Source: a virus. Taken from it: a stretch of 64,000 nucleotides of DNA. Positions 11,401-20,161 of this stretch are shown piece after piece. Position 1 is the stretch's first letter, and every line of letters begins with the position of its first letter. The position numbers and the translations under genes are program-made. The stretch lies in IMG/VR virus record IMGVR_UViG_3300025732_000020, positions 71,408 to 135,407 of that record. One strand, written 5' to 3'. The notes under the pieces were generated by a model, which worked only from the letters and a program-made list of their open reading frames with translations, made no database searches and was not told the DNA's origin.

Positions 11401-12151
11401 GAATGAGTCTGGAAATGTAATTGGCATAGTAACTCAAGTACATAAGAGTGGCACTACGGGATTTATCCATGTAACTGGAGTAAGATCAGATGTTAATATA
11501 GATTTCTCTGGTAAAACTCTCGCATTTATTAGAAGAGGGCAAATAGTTAGTAACTATTTCCAAGATATGTCTAATTTACAAGAATTAAACCTACAGAATA
11601 ACAGATTGGTTGGTAAAGTTCCCACATTTAAAGGAGCAAAAAATTTAAAAGTAGTAAATCTTACAAATAATCTTTTCACTGAATGGCCTGGCGATGTATT
11701 TACCACCAAAGGATTCTTCTCTGGCGGTTCGGTAAAATTAACTAGTTTTGATATAAGAGAAAATCCGCTCAGTGTAGAGGCTATAAGACTAATTATTAAA
11801 GAATTATACGACTCTAAAACAGCGAATAGTAAATTAAGTTATTCTGCTCTAAAGGTAAATGTTCAAAAAACTAAATGGAATGGAACCGGATATAACACCG
11901 ACTGGTCAAGGAGTGAAGTTTTCTATAATACAACATCTAAACAAGTGGACGATCCAACCTGGATCAGACCCACAAAAACAGTAGATTCTGGACAGGTTGA
12001 TGCAAACGGTAATCCTATATACACCCAAGTTCCAGATACTTCAGCAACTCCTCCAAAAATTACTGTAGTTTCTGGAGATCCACTACTCGATCAATATAAA
12101 ATTTTGATAGGAAAGTATGGTATATCATTCTCTGGTATAGCCTCCACGTAG
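8423..12151 (+). CDS. Leucine-rich-repeat-containing virion/fibre protein
   Basis: 1242 aa; LRR consensus LxxLxLxxN seen as NLKKINISNNRLSTLP, KLIELDISGN, NLQELNLQNNRLVG, NLKVVNLTNNLF, KLTSFDIREN. Confidence 0.65.
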   Translation: MEGYSFIRQNRPEIGLVSYYDLGEIYSSDERDALFNILLDPDALDQIYNLSRSGLVKEDIRTAGGLELPVYHSMAISSETSRGISNKIQSLIRTDGEIGDPGLQDFNISNYSDNIIVLHGGLAANNIEFRYLDEEGEVKKTVVPTSRESLFNSIVDSATGKFSEASFSSLIRIRRRSHLNNLNLRATNLLLNRETISESPTHIFKIPVYVRTPSNTNPKCELLECYCTVNSPLIIPVRIGTSGTISFSREIGSKDQNPQVSFVYGWELKLRSDLSIVKQEIITDSRTRDVQSISINVTGTPASNKECLLYVYLDPEQITEIDLSSLGIAEQAGKDIGLIGFNNLKKINISNNRLSTLPTWIKVLDTKLIELDISGNVWDEPGGIYSTFDYQDMRNSGISGISTAAPPSKTLTEFMCYSGYKASGGGNKNSSYKGYSTIQDSNNKLWKDSRKTSIERFNYLYNGNPSNLTQEPIPITISGEEGFRTFTLLNKLKLGSEIYVCNADFSRVFPNLFDISIDSSSGANPNLLTGLIPKINNTSVDQITIDYRGQTTMEGSIGYMGDTPFWTNTIQNISNGTITTKSAFETAAGVTTSLSQEEILNAPKGFIGKYNIKSFNLAGSSIVGGILTGTDDVSGTKTLGVTHLVNSNDPTVIANAWSSWLSQTSYISFDSFGNDYRDIYFRIAKGSSYKWMKLSEVNLNYIYGVDSKYISYNEGVTTENSSDILTGLALQNLQAYAAAWGGKIFSIKDVESTLKTLQIGRNRWKGYTADLSDPVSKFESSNGNYKYLLPKNFISPSKENTKFESLSIGECQNYSSEDQRFILRSSELSSFKVLNYITFHNSKIFGVFPALSANVNSAKIKINISYNNFRDLSNLGTDRNQKVIELFASEQSSSFGGCRLPNFSTSSTNITKIDLNNNLSTKDINGKVLLSCLADPDVIATKSHLGTLQQEVSIPPVTWNAESADGKIHRIVIASGSTDISKQVYVNDEIRDTNESGNVIGIVTQVHKSGTTGFIHVTGVRSDVNIDFSGKTLAFIRRGQIVSNYFQDMSNLQELNLQNNRLVGKVPTFKGAKNLKVVNLTNNLFTEWPGDVFTTKGFFSGGSVKLTSFDIRENPLSVEAIRLIIKELYDSKTANSKLSYSALKVNVQKTKWNGTGYNTDWSRSEVFYNTTSKQVDDPTWIRPTKTVDSGQVDANGNPIYTQVPDTSATPPKITVVSGDPLLDQYKILIGKYGISFSGIAST

Positions 12152-12205
12152 TAGGGTGAATGACATAATGATTAAAGTAAATTAGAAAAAACTTAAGTAA
12201 TCAAC

Positions 12206-13948
12206 ATGAGTGGACTAACTCGATTTAAAAATCTTTCAGAAACTGGCTTAAATCTAAAAACGTCTTTACAAAAACTCTATGCTCCAGGGATAGAGGATGA
12301 TATTGAACTTTTTTCATTATCATCTTCTGTTTTATCTACAGTAATCTCTGGTCCTAAAGTACAAGATCCCACAGCTGAGTTTCCAGTAGAGACTCAAATT
12401 TATGGACTAAGATCAGAAAAGATCGTAGAAAGAAAAGGAGTTGAAGATATTCAGTATGATAGAACACGATTTTTAACTAAATACTTTACTTTTACTCCAG
12501 GTAATAAAGTATTTTTTAAAAACTTCTCCGTGAGTACTTCAAGTAATAAAGATTCATTTCATCCTCCGATTTTTTCAAATAATGGATCTATTCCAGATGT
12601 AGAGTTAGTCTATGGAGGAAGAGGTTTCTACTTTAAAAAAGGTTCCTCTAGCTCCTCTAGTATTTTACATGATGACAACGATTTTGAAAATGTTAATGAT
12701 AATGTCGTAGTATTAAAAGACGTTATTTTAGAGGGGGTAAATAGTAAAAGAATCAGTGCAAAAGCAACATTGACATTCAAGGAAGAGACTTTTAATGATA
12801 AAACCCATGCAACAAACGAATCTTATGAAGATTTTAATACTAGGAGGTTTACTCTAACTGATGTAGTTATTACAGAGAGGGGTACTGGTTACGGAATTTT
12901 TGAAAAATTAAGAATTAAAGAAACTTCATCAAGTTACTCAGTTGATACAGAATTATCAACTTTGGTAAATACCGATACTGCGTCCATTAATAGTTTAATA
13001 ATTCAGAGACAAGGCGGTGTTGCTTTTATTTTTCAAGACCCGATTATTAGGGTTAGACAGTACTACTATGAAGTAATAAATTCTGATCTGGACGGATTTT
13101 TCTTATTCGATAGAAAGAATAATAAATATGTCTTTCTCGATAAAGATACCGAGATACTTAATATTCAAGATATTGATATAAGGCGAGAAGACTTTATTAG
13201 AGTAAATAACTTTACTCAGTTTAAATTCGCCTCATCTGGAGTATATCTAAGTACCTATGCCGAAACATCGTTCTTTGCTAATGGATCCATTAGTTCTAAT
13301 ATTACTAGTTTGGGCAACCAAGTAGGTAGAAATTTAGAATCTATCAGAACTACTATTCAAAACGCAAAGAAGCCGCAATTAGCTACTAACGCAGAGAATA
13401 AACTTGGGTATAGTTATAATGCTTTTGAGGGCAGAGATGTAGCAATTTGGCAAAGAGTAATAATTAGGGATCAAGATGATTTATTAGGAGCGATTAGACA
13501 AGAAGGACTTAGTGGAGATGAAGTAAGAGACAATAGTTTAATCCCAGAGTTTGTTGTTACAAGTGGAAGTCAAAAGTTTACTATTCCTGGCCTATACATC
13601 AAGGTAGGAGATGTATATAAAAGAGCTTATTCTACAAAAGATAAGCCTTTCTATAATACTATTTCTTCAGTGGTTGAAAATCCGACTATTAGCACTAATA
13701 CTAGTGAGAACAGAAATTCTCTTCCACTTGGGACTCTCAGTGCGGAAGCTTATGACCAATCCAGTGGATCTTGGTATGCTTATAATTCAGTAATTTCTGA
13801 ATTTGCTCAGAGAATATCAGTATCTTCACCGGCAGGAAAGAACGGAGCATTCTATTTTCACAAAAGTACTGCGATAACAGTAACAGAAAAACCCAATTCT
13901 GTCTCTGGGAAAAGGGTATATTCAGTTCCCTTATTCCAGGCAGTTTAA
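12206..13948 (+). CDS. Putative virion structural/fibre-associated protein
   Basis: 580 aa; N-terminal GLTRFKNLSE...SLQKL motif similar to neighbouring genes; GGRGF/RGTGY-type beta motifs; GATTAAAG at 12170-12177. Confidence 0.5.
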   Translation: MSGLTRFKNLSETGLNLKTSLQKLYAPGIEDDIELFSLSSSVLSTVISGPKVQDPTAEFPVETQIYGLRSEKIVERKGVEDIQYDRTRFLTKYFTFTPGNKVFFKNFSVSTSSNKDSFHPPIFSNNGSIPDVELVYGGRGFYFKKGSSSSSSILHDDNDFENVNDNVVVLKDVILEGVNSKRISAKATLTFKEETFNDKTHATNESYEDFNTRRFTLTDVVITERGTGYGIFEKLRIKETSSSYSVDTELSTLVNTDTASINSLIIQRQGGVAFIFQDPIIRVRQYYYEVINSDLDGFFLFDRKNNKYVFLDKDTEILNIQDIDIRREDFIRVNNFTQFKFASSGVYLSTYAETSFFANGSISSNITSLGNQVGRNLESIRTTIQNAKKPQLATNAENKLGYSYNAFEGRDVAIWQRVIIRDQDDLLGAIRQEGLSGDEVRDNSLIPEFVVTSGSQKFTIPGLYIKVGDVYKRAYSTKDKPFYNTISSVVENPTISTNTSENRNSLPLGTLSAEAYDQSSGSWYAYNSVISEFAQRISVSSPAGKNGAFYFHKSTAITVTEKPNSVSGKRVYSVPLFQAV

Positions 13949-16900
13949 GCCACCCAAGTGGGTCTATTCCTAGTTAGGAGATTGATTTTATTATCATTAT
14001 CCTTATCTAGGAAAAGAAAAATGTTGGATTTCGTAGGCTCGTTATTTGTATAAACAAGAGCATCTTTATACAGATACGCATTGCTTACGCTCTGTGGTGT
14101 TACAGCTGGTATTTCAATGAGAAGTTTTGAGTTATAAGTTGTAGTACTTAAAGTAAAATCTGGTTTCTGTGCTGAAGTCATAGAAACCAAAATACTAGAA
14201 GTCTCACTAGTATCAAAATCTAATATTAACTTTTTATTGATTTGAAGATATTTACCACCTAAATCATTTATTTTGTTACTATCCGTAGATCCCCAATAAA
14301 CGTCATATTGTCCTTCTGTAGAAGAAGTAATCTCAGAAGTACTAGCTGTGATTGCTAATAGTTGCAGATCTTGAGTATCGTAAGGGGGATAGCAAATACC
14401 CCCTAGTCCTGGGTCAGAAGAAAATACTGACTTATCATATCCAAAAGGAGTTACAATTTGAGCGGGTGGAGCAGGGATTTCAGATCCGTCCGCAAAAGGA
14501 CTTACTTGAGTGGGACTAGTACTATCTTTTAAATATAAAGAGTCAGCAATTCCTAAACCTGCCCCAGAATCAATTTTTCTAAATTGGTATCCGGTGCTAT
14601 AGACATAGTTAAAGTCTATAAAGTCATTAAAGGATATAGGATTATCTACTTTATTCTGTGATGAATCTATAACATATGAAGGAAATTTTGAGAATGATAA
14701 GAAGTTATAAAAAATCTTACATTCTTTATTACCTACCAGAGTCGCTGGGTCAGTCGCGCCATGATCTATGGTAACTTTGGTATCGGCGTAACTATAGGCA
14801 GTTACATAATATGCAACTCCGTTGATTTCTATACGTGTTCCTAGGTAGTCAGTATTAGTCCCTGTGATCCCTTTGAAAAATGTTGAGTTAGTAATTGATA
14901 CTACAGCTGGGTTTCCATCCGAAGAAATTGTTAGTTGAACTTCTTCAGTGGGTCTTGAAGTACCAATTAAGTCAAAAAAGTGATATACGTCCCCACCTGA
15001 AGTTATAAATCCAGTTAAGAACAAATCATTAAAGTCCGTGCTAGGCGCTGTGCCAATCTCAAATGGACTATCAGCAATTATTCTGTTAGTACCCGGGTTA
15101 TCTGGGATTAAGTGTTTATTACCACTCAGAGTGCCATTTACATATTTAAATGCGACTGGGAATCCTTCAAATGCGTTACTGTTACCATTTACATAGTCGG
15201 CTGATGTGGAATATAACTTGATTACGTCATCTCCAAAAGAAGAGATGTTATCTGACATATGTAGAGCCTTACCTACTTTGTTGGTAGTAGCATCAGAAGA
15301 AGTAATTCCATAATTATTTACTGGGGTGCCGTAAATAACAACACTTCCACCTAATCCAACTTCATTTTCAGTAATTGTAAAGAACGTATAATTTTCCCCA
15401 GGGGTCCTTACCTCATTGGGTTGTAAAGGCTTTATCGTCTCATCCTTTTTCTGTCTTCCAATAAAAAGTAGTTTATTATGACTATAATCATAATCCCTAT
15501 CTGAAGTATTTACAGTCAGACTATTATCTATAGCTCCATCATATCGTGACTTATTATAGACATTTATTGGAGGTAATTCACCATAGATAATTTTATAAGC
15601 TTCATAATTGCTTTCAAGTTGTACTTTTTGAGGATTAGGTTCAACGTAGTTGGCGCCTATCCCTTCTAGCATATCATTCCTATTGGCGTATGTATATTGG
15701 ATGTTGGGATGGAAAATATACTCTTGCCAAAGTTCCTGCTCACTAAACTCGATAGGAGGTGCATTATAGACTCTATTAGTCAGAGCCACATAAATAGGAC
15801 CTGATGAGATTCCAAGATCAGAACTAGTTAAATTGCCGTCTGTTTGATTGATTTTAGCTCCTAAGAATCCTTGAGATAAAATCCAATCGTCTCCGTATAT
15901 ATTTGTTAAGTCTGGGGACGTCTCAGTAGAATAAGCAAGAATTTCTGCTATTTCATTGAAATTATTAACTAGGTTGACTCCATCAGTAGCTTGCCACGTA
16001 GCACCGCCATCTGATGTTTCTATTTTTACAATTGCTTTATAATCATTCCACTTAGTACTTTCTCCATTGGCGTGGATTTGATCTATTTCAAATCCTGGAG
16101 TAAGTCCAGGACTTAATTTTGCTAAGTCTCGAGCTGTAATGTTTTCTTCACCTTTTTCTAGAACTAAAGCATCATATTCCGCTGGGTCTTCCTGTCCGAA
16201 CCAATATCTAATTACTACAGGGACATAATCGTTGAAGATTTTCTTTGTATTTCCTTCAGGGTCACTAACTGTAACAGTATAGTCCCAACTTGCTCCATTT
16301 CCAGCTACTCTTTGAGTTGTTGGGGTACTACTGACAGTTTCTAGCGACATGGACTCATTAGACGGTCCTCCTTGGAGATAATACGTTCTATACCCCGAGG
16401 AGTCATCAGTAGCTGATTCCTTCGTGGGCTGTGAATAGTAAGTGTCCGAATTATATGTATCAAGGGCAGTCTTCCAAGAGCCCTGCACTGCTCCTGTACT
16501 TGAGTTATACCCCGTTATTTCAAAATAATCAATCTTGATGTGCCCAGAAACTTGTGTTAAAAATTTACCAAAAACACTACCACTAATTGATCTCTTCATC
16601 CAAAAGTCCATTTTTAGGCCCCAATTATATGGGTTTGATACTGCTTTTGGAAGAGAATAAGAAAAGGATATATTACCGTCTCTAATTACAGGAAATGAGG
16701 GATTTATGAGAGCGTTTGTAGTTGTATATTCTGATCTGCCTCTATAATCTTTTTTATAAGCTCCAGACCACCACCATTCTTTTTCTATATCTGGAACAAA
16801 CTCTCCATCTTTAATATATCCAACTCTGTGAGTGTCAAGTATCTCTTGGGGGGATGCCGGAATATAATCGGGGCCATTTACTACAGGAGCATTTGGATCA

Positions 16901-17439
16901 TTTTCGTCAATATTTAAATCATGAGTATAGAACGGAGGAGGGTTTGTATGAGAATATAACTTTCCTGTCTCTGTACCATCCTCTGTTTCATCCAGAGGAA
17001 CAGTGTACTTAAACATTGCAGTTCCTTGGCCTTGGAAGACAGTGCCTCTTCCAGCGAAGAATTCTAATTGCTTAAGTCTATCAGCAATTCTTTGTCTAGG
17101 ATTTACTAATGGAACTAAATTTCCAGATTTAGTTTCTAAATTAAGAGAACTATTTGATAAAATGGCTAGATCTTCATTTTTAAGACCATAGTTGATAATA
17201 CCATCTAAGATCTCAAGATCTGGATATAAAAATTTTCCCTCAGTTTGTTTTTCTGCGGGATCTTGGATATCAAGTAAAACTTCACTAAGAGCCTGTGAAG
17301 CATCACTAATATCGGAAAGGGCTAGATCTCTTACTAAACCTCTATATTTTACCTCTGTTTCCAAAGGTATTTTTAATTGGCTAAGAGGAGGTAGATTTGT
17401 CGATACTTTTACTCTTCCTGTTCTAGAGTATCTAGCCAT
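13945..17439 (-). CDS. Large virion protein with possible PA14-like beta-sandwich
   Basis: 1164 aa; N-terminal YRGLVRDLALSDISD...AL; WGLKMDFW...GHIKIDYF and DYVPVVIRYWFGQ resemble PA14-type segments; GTTTAAAG on minus strand at 17473-17480. Confidence 0.5.
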   Translation of the reverse strand: MARYSRTGRVKVSTNLPPLSQLKIPLETEVKYRGLVRDLALSDISDASQALSEVLLDIQDPAEKQTEGKFLYPDLEILDGIINYGLKNEDLAILSNSSLNLETKSGNLVPLVNPRQRIADRLKQLEFFAGRGTVFQGQGTAMFKYTVPLDETEDGTETGKLYSHTNPPPFYTHDLNIDENDPNAPVVNGPDYIPASPQEILDTHRVGYIKDGEFVPDIEKEWWWSGAYKKDYRGRSEYTTTNALINPSFPVIRDGNISFSYSLPKAVSNPYNWGLKMDFWMKRSISGSVFGKFLTQVSGHIKIDYFEITGYNSSTGAVQGSWKTALDTYNSDTYYSQPTKESATDDSSGYRTYYLQGGPSNESMSLETVSSTPTTQRVAGNGASWDYTVTVSDPEGNTKKIFNDYVPVVIRYWFGQEDPAEYDALVLEKGEENITARDLAKLSPGLTPGFEIDQIHANGESTKWNDYKAIVKIETSDGGATWQATDGVNLVNNFNEIAEILAYSTETSPDLTNIYGDDWILSQGFLGAKINQTDGNLTSSDLGISSGPIYVALTNRVYNAPPIEFSEQELWQEYIFHPNIQYTYANRNDMLEGIGANYVEPNPQKVQLESNYEAYKIIYGELPPINVYNKSRYDGAIDNSLTVNTSDRDYDYSHNKLLFIGRQKKDETIKPLQPNEVRTPGENYTFFTITENEVGLGGSVVIYGTPVNNYGITSSDATTNKVGKALHMSDNISSFGDDVIKLYSTSADYVNGNSNAFEGFPVAFKYVNGTLSGNKHLIPDNPGTNRIIADSPFEIGTAPSTDFNDLFLTGFITSGGDVYHFFDLIGTSRPTEEVQLTISSDGNPAVVSITNSTFFKGITGTNTDYLGTRIEINGVAYYVTAYSYADTKVTIDHGATDPATLVGNKECKIFYNFLSFSKFPSYVIDSSQNKVDNPISFNDFIDFNYVYSTGYQFRKIDSGAGLGIADSLYLKDSTSPTQVSPFADGSEIPAPPAQIVTPFGYDKSVFSSDPGLGGICYPPYDTQDLQLLAITASTSEITSSTEGQYDVYWGSTDSNKINDLGGKYLQINKKLILDFDTSETSSILVSMTSAQKPDFTLSTTTYNSKLLIEIPAVTPQSVSNAYLYKDALVYTNNEPTKSNIFLFLDKDNDNKINLLTRNRPTWVA

Positions 17440-17480
17440 AGTATTTTACTTATACCAAATAATAATAATAATCTTTAAAC

Positions 17481-18230
17481 CTATGATTTTGAACCGTAGA
17501 GATCTGAGTAGGCATAAATTACAGACTTTACGAAATCAGAACGAACAATTTCATTATATCCAAAGTTAACATGACCTACCGATTGGTTAGATCCAAGACG
17601 ACGAAGAGCATCTGATAAGCCATCACCGCCATAACGATTTGCTAGGTCTCTTTGGACTATATCCCCAAGAAGGGCAATGGAGGAATTATCGCCAAGACGG
17701 GTGAGGATCGTCATTACCGAATGAGCGGTAGCATTTTGCATCTCATCAGCAATAATCATGCATCTGTGCAAAGATCTACCTCTGAGGTGCTCAATAGGTA
17801 GAAACTCAATGACTTTTTTCTCAAGGAGATAATCAGCCTTGCCTTTTTGCATAAATACAGCAAGGGAGTCACGGATCGGCATGATGTGAGGAGCAATCTT
17901 CTCCTCAAGGTTACCTGGTAAGAAGCCTAGACCCTGTTCCCCTGGAGTAGATACAATTGGCTTTACATAATAAATTTTTTCAATTTCCCTCTTATGGAGT
18001 TTTTCACATGCTGCATGAATCGAGAGGAGAGTTTTAGCAGTTCCAGGAGGCCCGGTTAGAATCGTCAAAGTTTTTGTTTTCAAATACCTCATTGCATCAA
18101 CCTGGGAAGGATTCATAGGTAGAAGAGGTTTATGCTCTTCAAACTTGGGATTTGATGCCTGAATCATGTCGCCTTGTTCAATTCTTTGACGTCTAGAGGA
18201 TTTTCTTGCCATGAGAGGGTTAATTTCCAT
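17481..18230 (-). CDS. phoH: PhoH-like ATPase
   Basis: Walker A GPPGTAKT, LGFLPGNLEEK, HLRGRSL, IIADEMQNAT, LTRLGDNS, LLGDIVQRD, IVRSDFV; start could be the ATG at 18212. Confidence 0.93.
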   Translation of the reverse strand: MEINPLMARKSSRRQRIEQGDMIQASNPKFEEHKPLLPMNPSQVDAMRYLKTKTLTILTGPPGTAKTLLSIHAACEKLHKREIEKIYYVKPIVSTPGEQGLGFLPGNLEEKIAPHIMPIRDSLAVFMQKGKADYLLEKKVIEFLPIEHLRGRSLHRCMIIADEMQNATAHSVMTILTRLGDNSSIALLGDIVQRDLANRYGGDGLSDALRRLGSNQSVGHVNFGYNEIVRSDFVKSVIYAYSDLYGSKS

Positions 18231-18236
18231 TGATAC

Positions 18237-18274
18237 GAAAAAAGACCCAAAAAGAGAAATCTCTTCTGAGTCTT
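18237..18274 (-). terminator. Intrinsic terminator-like hairpin just upstream of phoH
   Basis: Minus strand AAGACTCAGAAGAG-attt-CTCTTTTTGGGTCTT-TTTT: 14 bp stem with G-U pairs and one bulge, followed by a U run. Confidence 0.7.
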
Positions 18275-18337
18275 ATGGATTTATATGTCTATGGAGGGAC
18301 ATAGATTGTCTTCGTATCCTGACAAACTTTAAACTTA

Positions 18338-18685
18338 TTAAGATACTCTTATTCTGAGAAAACTACCTGTTCTGTACACTCCTCCGATAGGAACTGGATT
18401 TGGATCTAGAGCAGCTTGGGCATCATCTGAAAATTCTCTTATGCCGGTGAAATCAATACGATCAAAAGTAACTGTTCCTCCAGAGCGATCGCCATATCTT
18501 CTTATTGTCCCAGTAGAATCTGCATAATAGACCTCGTCTAAAACTTCATTTAAAAATAACTCCCCCCGGTACATGTTAGAGGAATTATTGTCATGTAGGT
18601 TTTGTAAATATTCCTTATCATGCGTAGAATCCGATGTAAATCTAATTCCCCAGCGGTGAAAAGGAGGCTGTGGAGTAGCGGGCAT
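18338..18685 (-). CDS. Small fibre-associated hypothetical protein
   Basis: 115 aa; GELFLNEVLDEVYY and C-terminal FSDDAQAALDPNPVPIGGVYRTGSFLRIRV, a motif type common at the ends of phage fibre proteins; GTTTAAAG on minus strand at 18715-18722. Confidence 0.5.
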   Translation of the reverse strand: MPATPQPPFHRWGIRFTSDSTHDKEYLQNLHDNNSSNMYRGELFLNEVLDEVYYADSTGTIRRYGDRSGGTVTFDRIDFTGIREFSDDAQAALDPNPVPIGGVYRTGSFLRIRVS

Positions 18686-18829
18686 TTTCTTATTTAGTAA
18701 CTAATTATATTAGTCTTTAAACTCTGAAACTATTACTCAGGTAAAAAGTTGAGGTTACTTTTTAACTTTAACTTTTAACTTTTACAAACTAACCTGATAT
18801 AATATTTTAGTAAGTAAGCTGGAAGAAGT

Positions 18830-19393
18830 ATGTATCCTCACACAATCGTAGTCCTCGGGGCTGATCGAGTTGGAAAATCTAGTATCGTTAAAAATACTCA
18901 AGATGAGTTGATCTCCCGCGATGTATGTGTCCGTTCACTTCACTTCTCTGGACCTCAACCTCATCATCATACTCCCATCCAGCAATACCTCGATCCTTTT
19001 CAATCTGCCATTGAGGAAAAAGCTCAAGTAGTTATCTGCGATCGTGGATTCTCAGAGGTATGTTTTTATGAGAAGTTCCGCCGTCACATCGAGATCTCAG
19101 AAGAATGGGCTAATTCCGCCGAGTCTTTCTTCTCTGCTTACAGTCAGACGATTAAAGTTTTTCTTATTGAGCGGAACTGGGAATGGAGTCTTCCTCATCA
19201 CATTATCGAAGTTAATGACCTCTATCCAAATTGTTCCGATTATTTCCTAGAGATGCAACTCAAAGTTAGGAAAAAAGAGCATGAGGAGTATTACTCCTAT
19301 ATGAAGGACTATCTCTCTAACCGCTCGCTTCTTTCAGACGTTCAGATTATCTCTCCCACTTCCAAAAGTTTCTCTTTGGCTAATGTGGTTTAA
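18830..19393 (+). CDS. Deoxynucleoside monophosphate kinase (thymidylate-kinase-like P-loop)
   Basis: IVVLGADRVGKSS P-loop at the N-terminus; VICDRGFSEVCFYE carries the DR motif of TMK-like kinases; TGATATAAT at 18795-18803 upstream. Confidence 0.7.
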   Translation: MYPHTIVVLGADRVGKSSIVKNTQDELISRDVCVRSLHFSGPQPHHHTPIQQYLDPFQSAIEEKAQVVICDRGFSEVCFYEKFRRHIEISEEWANSAESFFSAYSQTIKVFLIERNWEWSLPHHIIEVNDLYPNCSDYFLEMQLKVRKKEHEEYYSYMKDYLSNRSLLSDVQIISPTSKSFSLANVV

Positions 19394-19426
19394 AGATCTT
19401 TGAATAGATATAGGAATTATTACCCT

Positions 19427-20149
19427 ATGGCAACCGTACTTAACACCGGTCTTCATCGTAAGATCGGCATGGAGTTTGAATATAAAATCTCCTTCCAAGA
19501 GTTTCTAACCGAGGCCATCACCTCACCTCTTGTTTCCTCGTATAACTCTGGTTCTAATACCCCAACAGCGCGTAATCAGTTTGTAGATAATTTCTTCACT
19601 TGTGGGCCTTCGATGGGATTTGAGGCTAAGCGTGCTGCTTATGGAGCCCTTGAGTTGGTTGTGGGCGCTCTGGTCGCTAATGCAAATGTCCCTGCTGCTG
19701 ACAAAACTGCTCTCAACGACCAACTTGTTAACATTACTCGTTATGTCGGTTTGACAGGCGATGGCGACTTCCATTTCATGGTAGCCACTTTCAACCTCGC
19801 AGAGACCATTTCATATATCACAGCTGATGTGGTCCCCGCTCCTCAGGCACCTACCGGTACTATCGTAACTCTAACCCTCCTTGATGGAGGAAGTGGATAT
19901 ACCGATACAGTTGATGGAACTGCCGATGGTGAGATTACCGTTGCATTCAACTCTACCGAATCCGCCAATCCCGTAGGATATACAGCTGGAGCCGGTACAG
20001 TATCTATCGATGCCGGTGAGGTTATTTCTATCGATGCTATCACTAATGGTGGTGCTGGATTTAAGGTTGGTCAGATCGTGACAATTACTCATGCCGGAGC
20101 GGATAATGGTGACACGCCTGCCTTCGCTGAGGTAACTGCCGTTTCGTAA
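19427..20149 (+). CDS. Putative virion structural protein
   Basis: ATG at 19427 preferred over TTG at 19400; C-terminal LLDGGSGY and ITNGGAGF beta motifs; GTTTAAAG at 19388-19395. Confidence 0.5.
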   Translation: MATVLNTGLHRKIGMEFEYKISFQEFLTEAITSPLVSSYNSGSNTPTARNQFVDNFFTCGPSMGFEAKRAAYGALELVVGALVANANVPAADKTALNDQLVNITRYVGLTGDGDFHFMVATFNLAETISYITADVVPAPQAPTGTIVTLTLLDGGSGYTDTVDGTADGEITVAFNSTESANPVGYTAGAGTVSIDAGEVISIDAITNGGAGFKVGQIVTITHAGADNGDTPAFAEVTAVS

Positions 20150-20161
20150 TCCAGGTAAGAT

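Noticed and set aside
17455-17471. (AAT)n microsatellite as a phase-variation switch
   Set aside because: It is short, intergenic and in AT-rich context; nothing in a single sequence shows length variation
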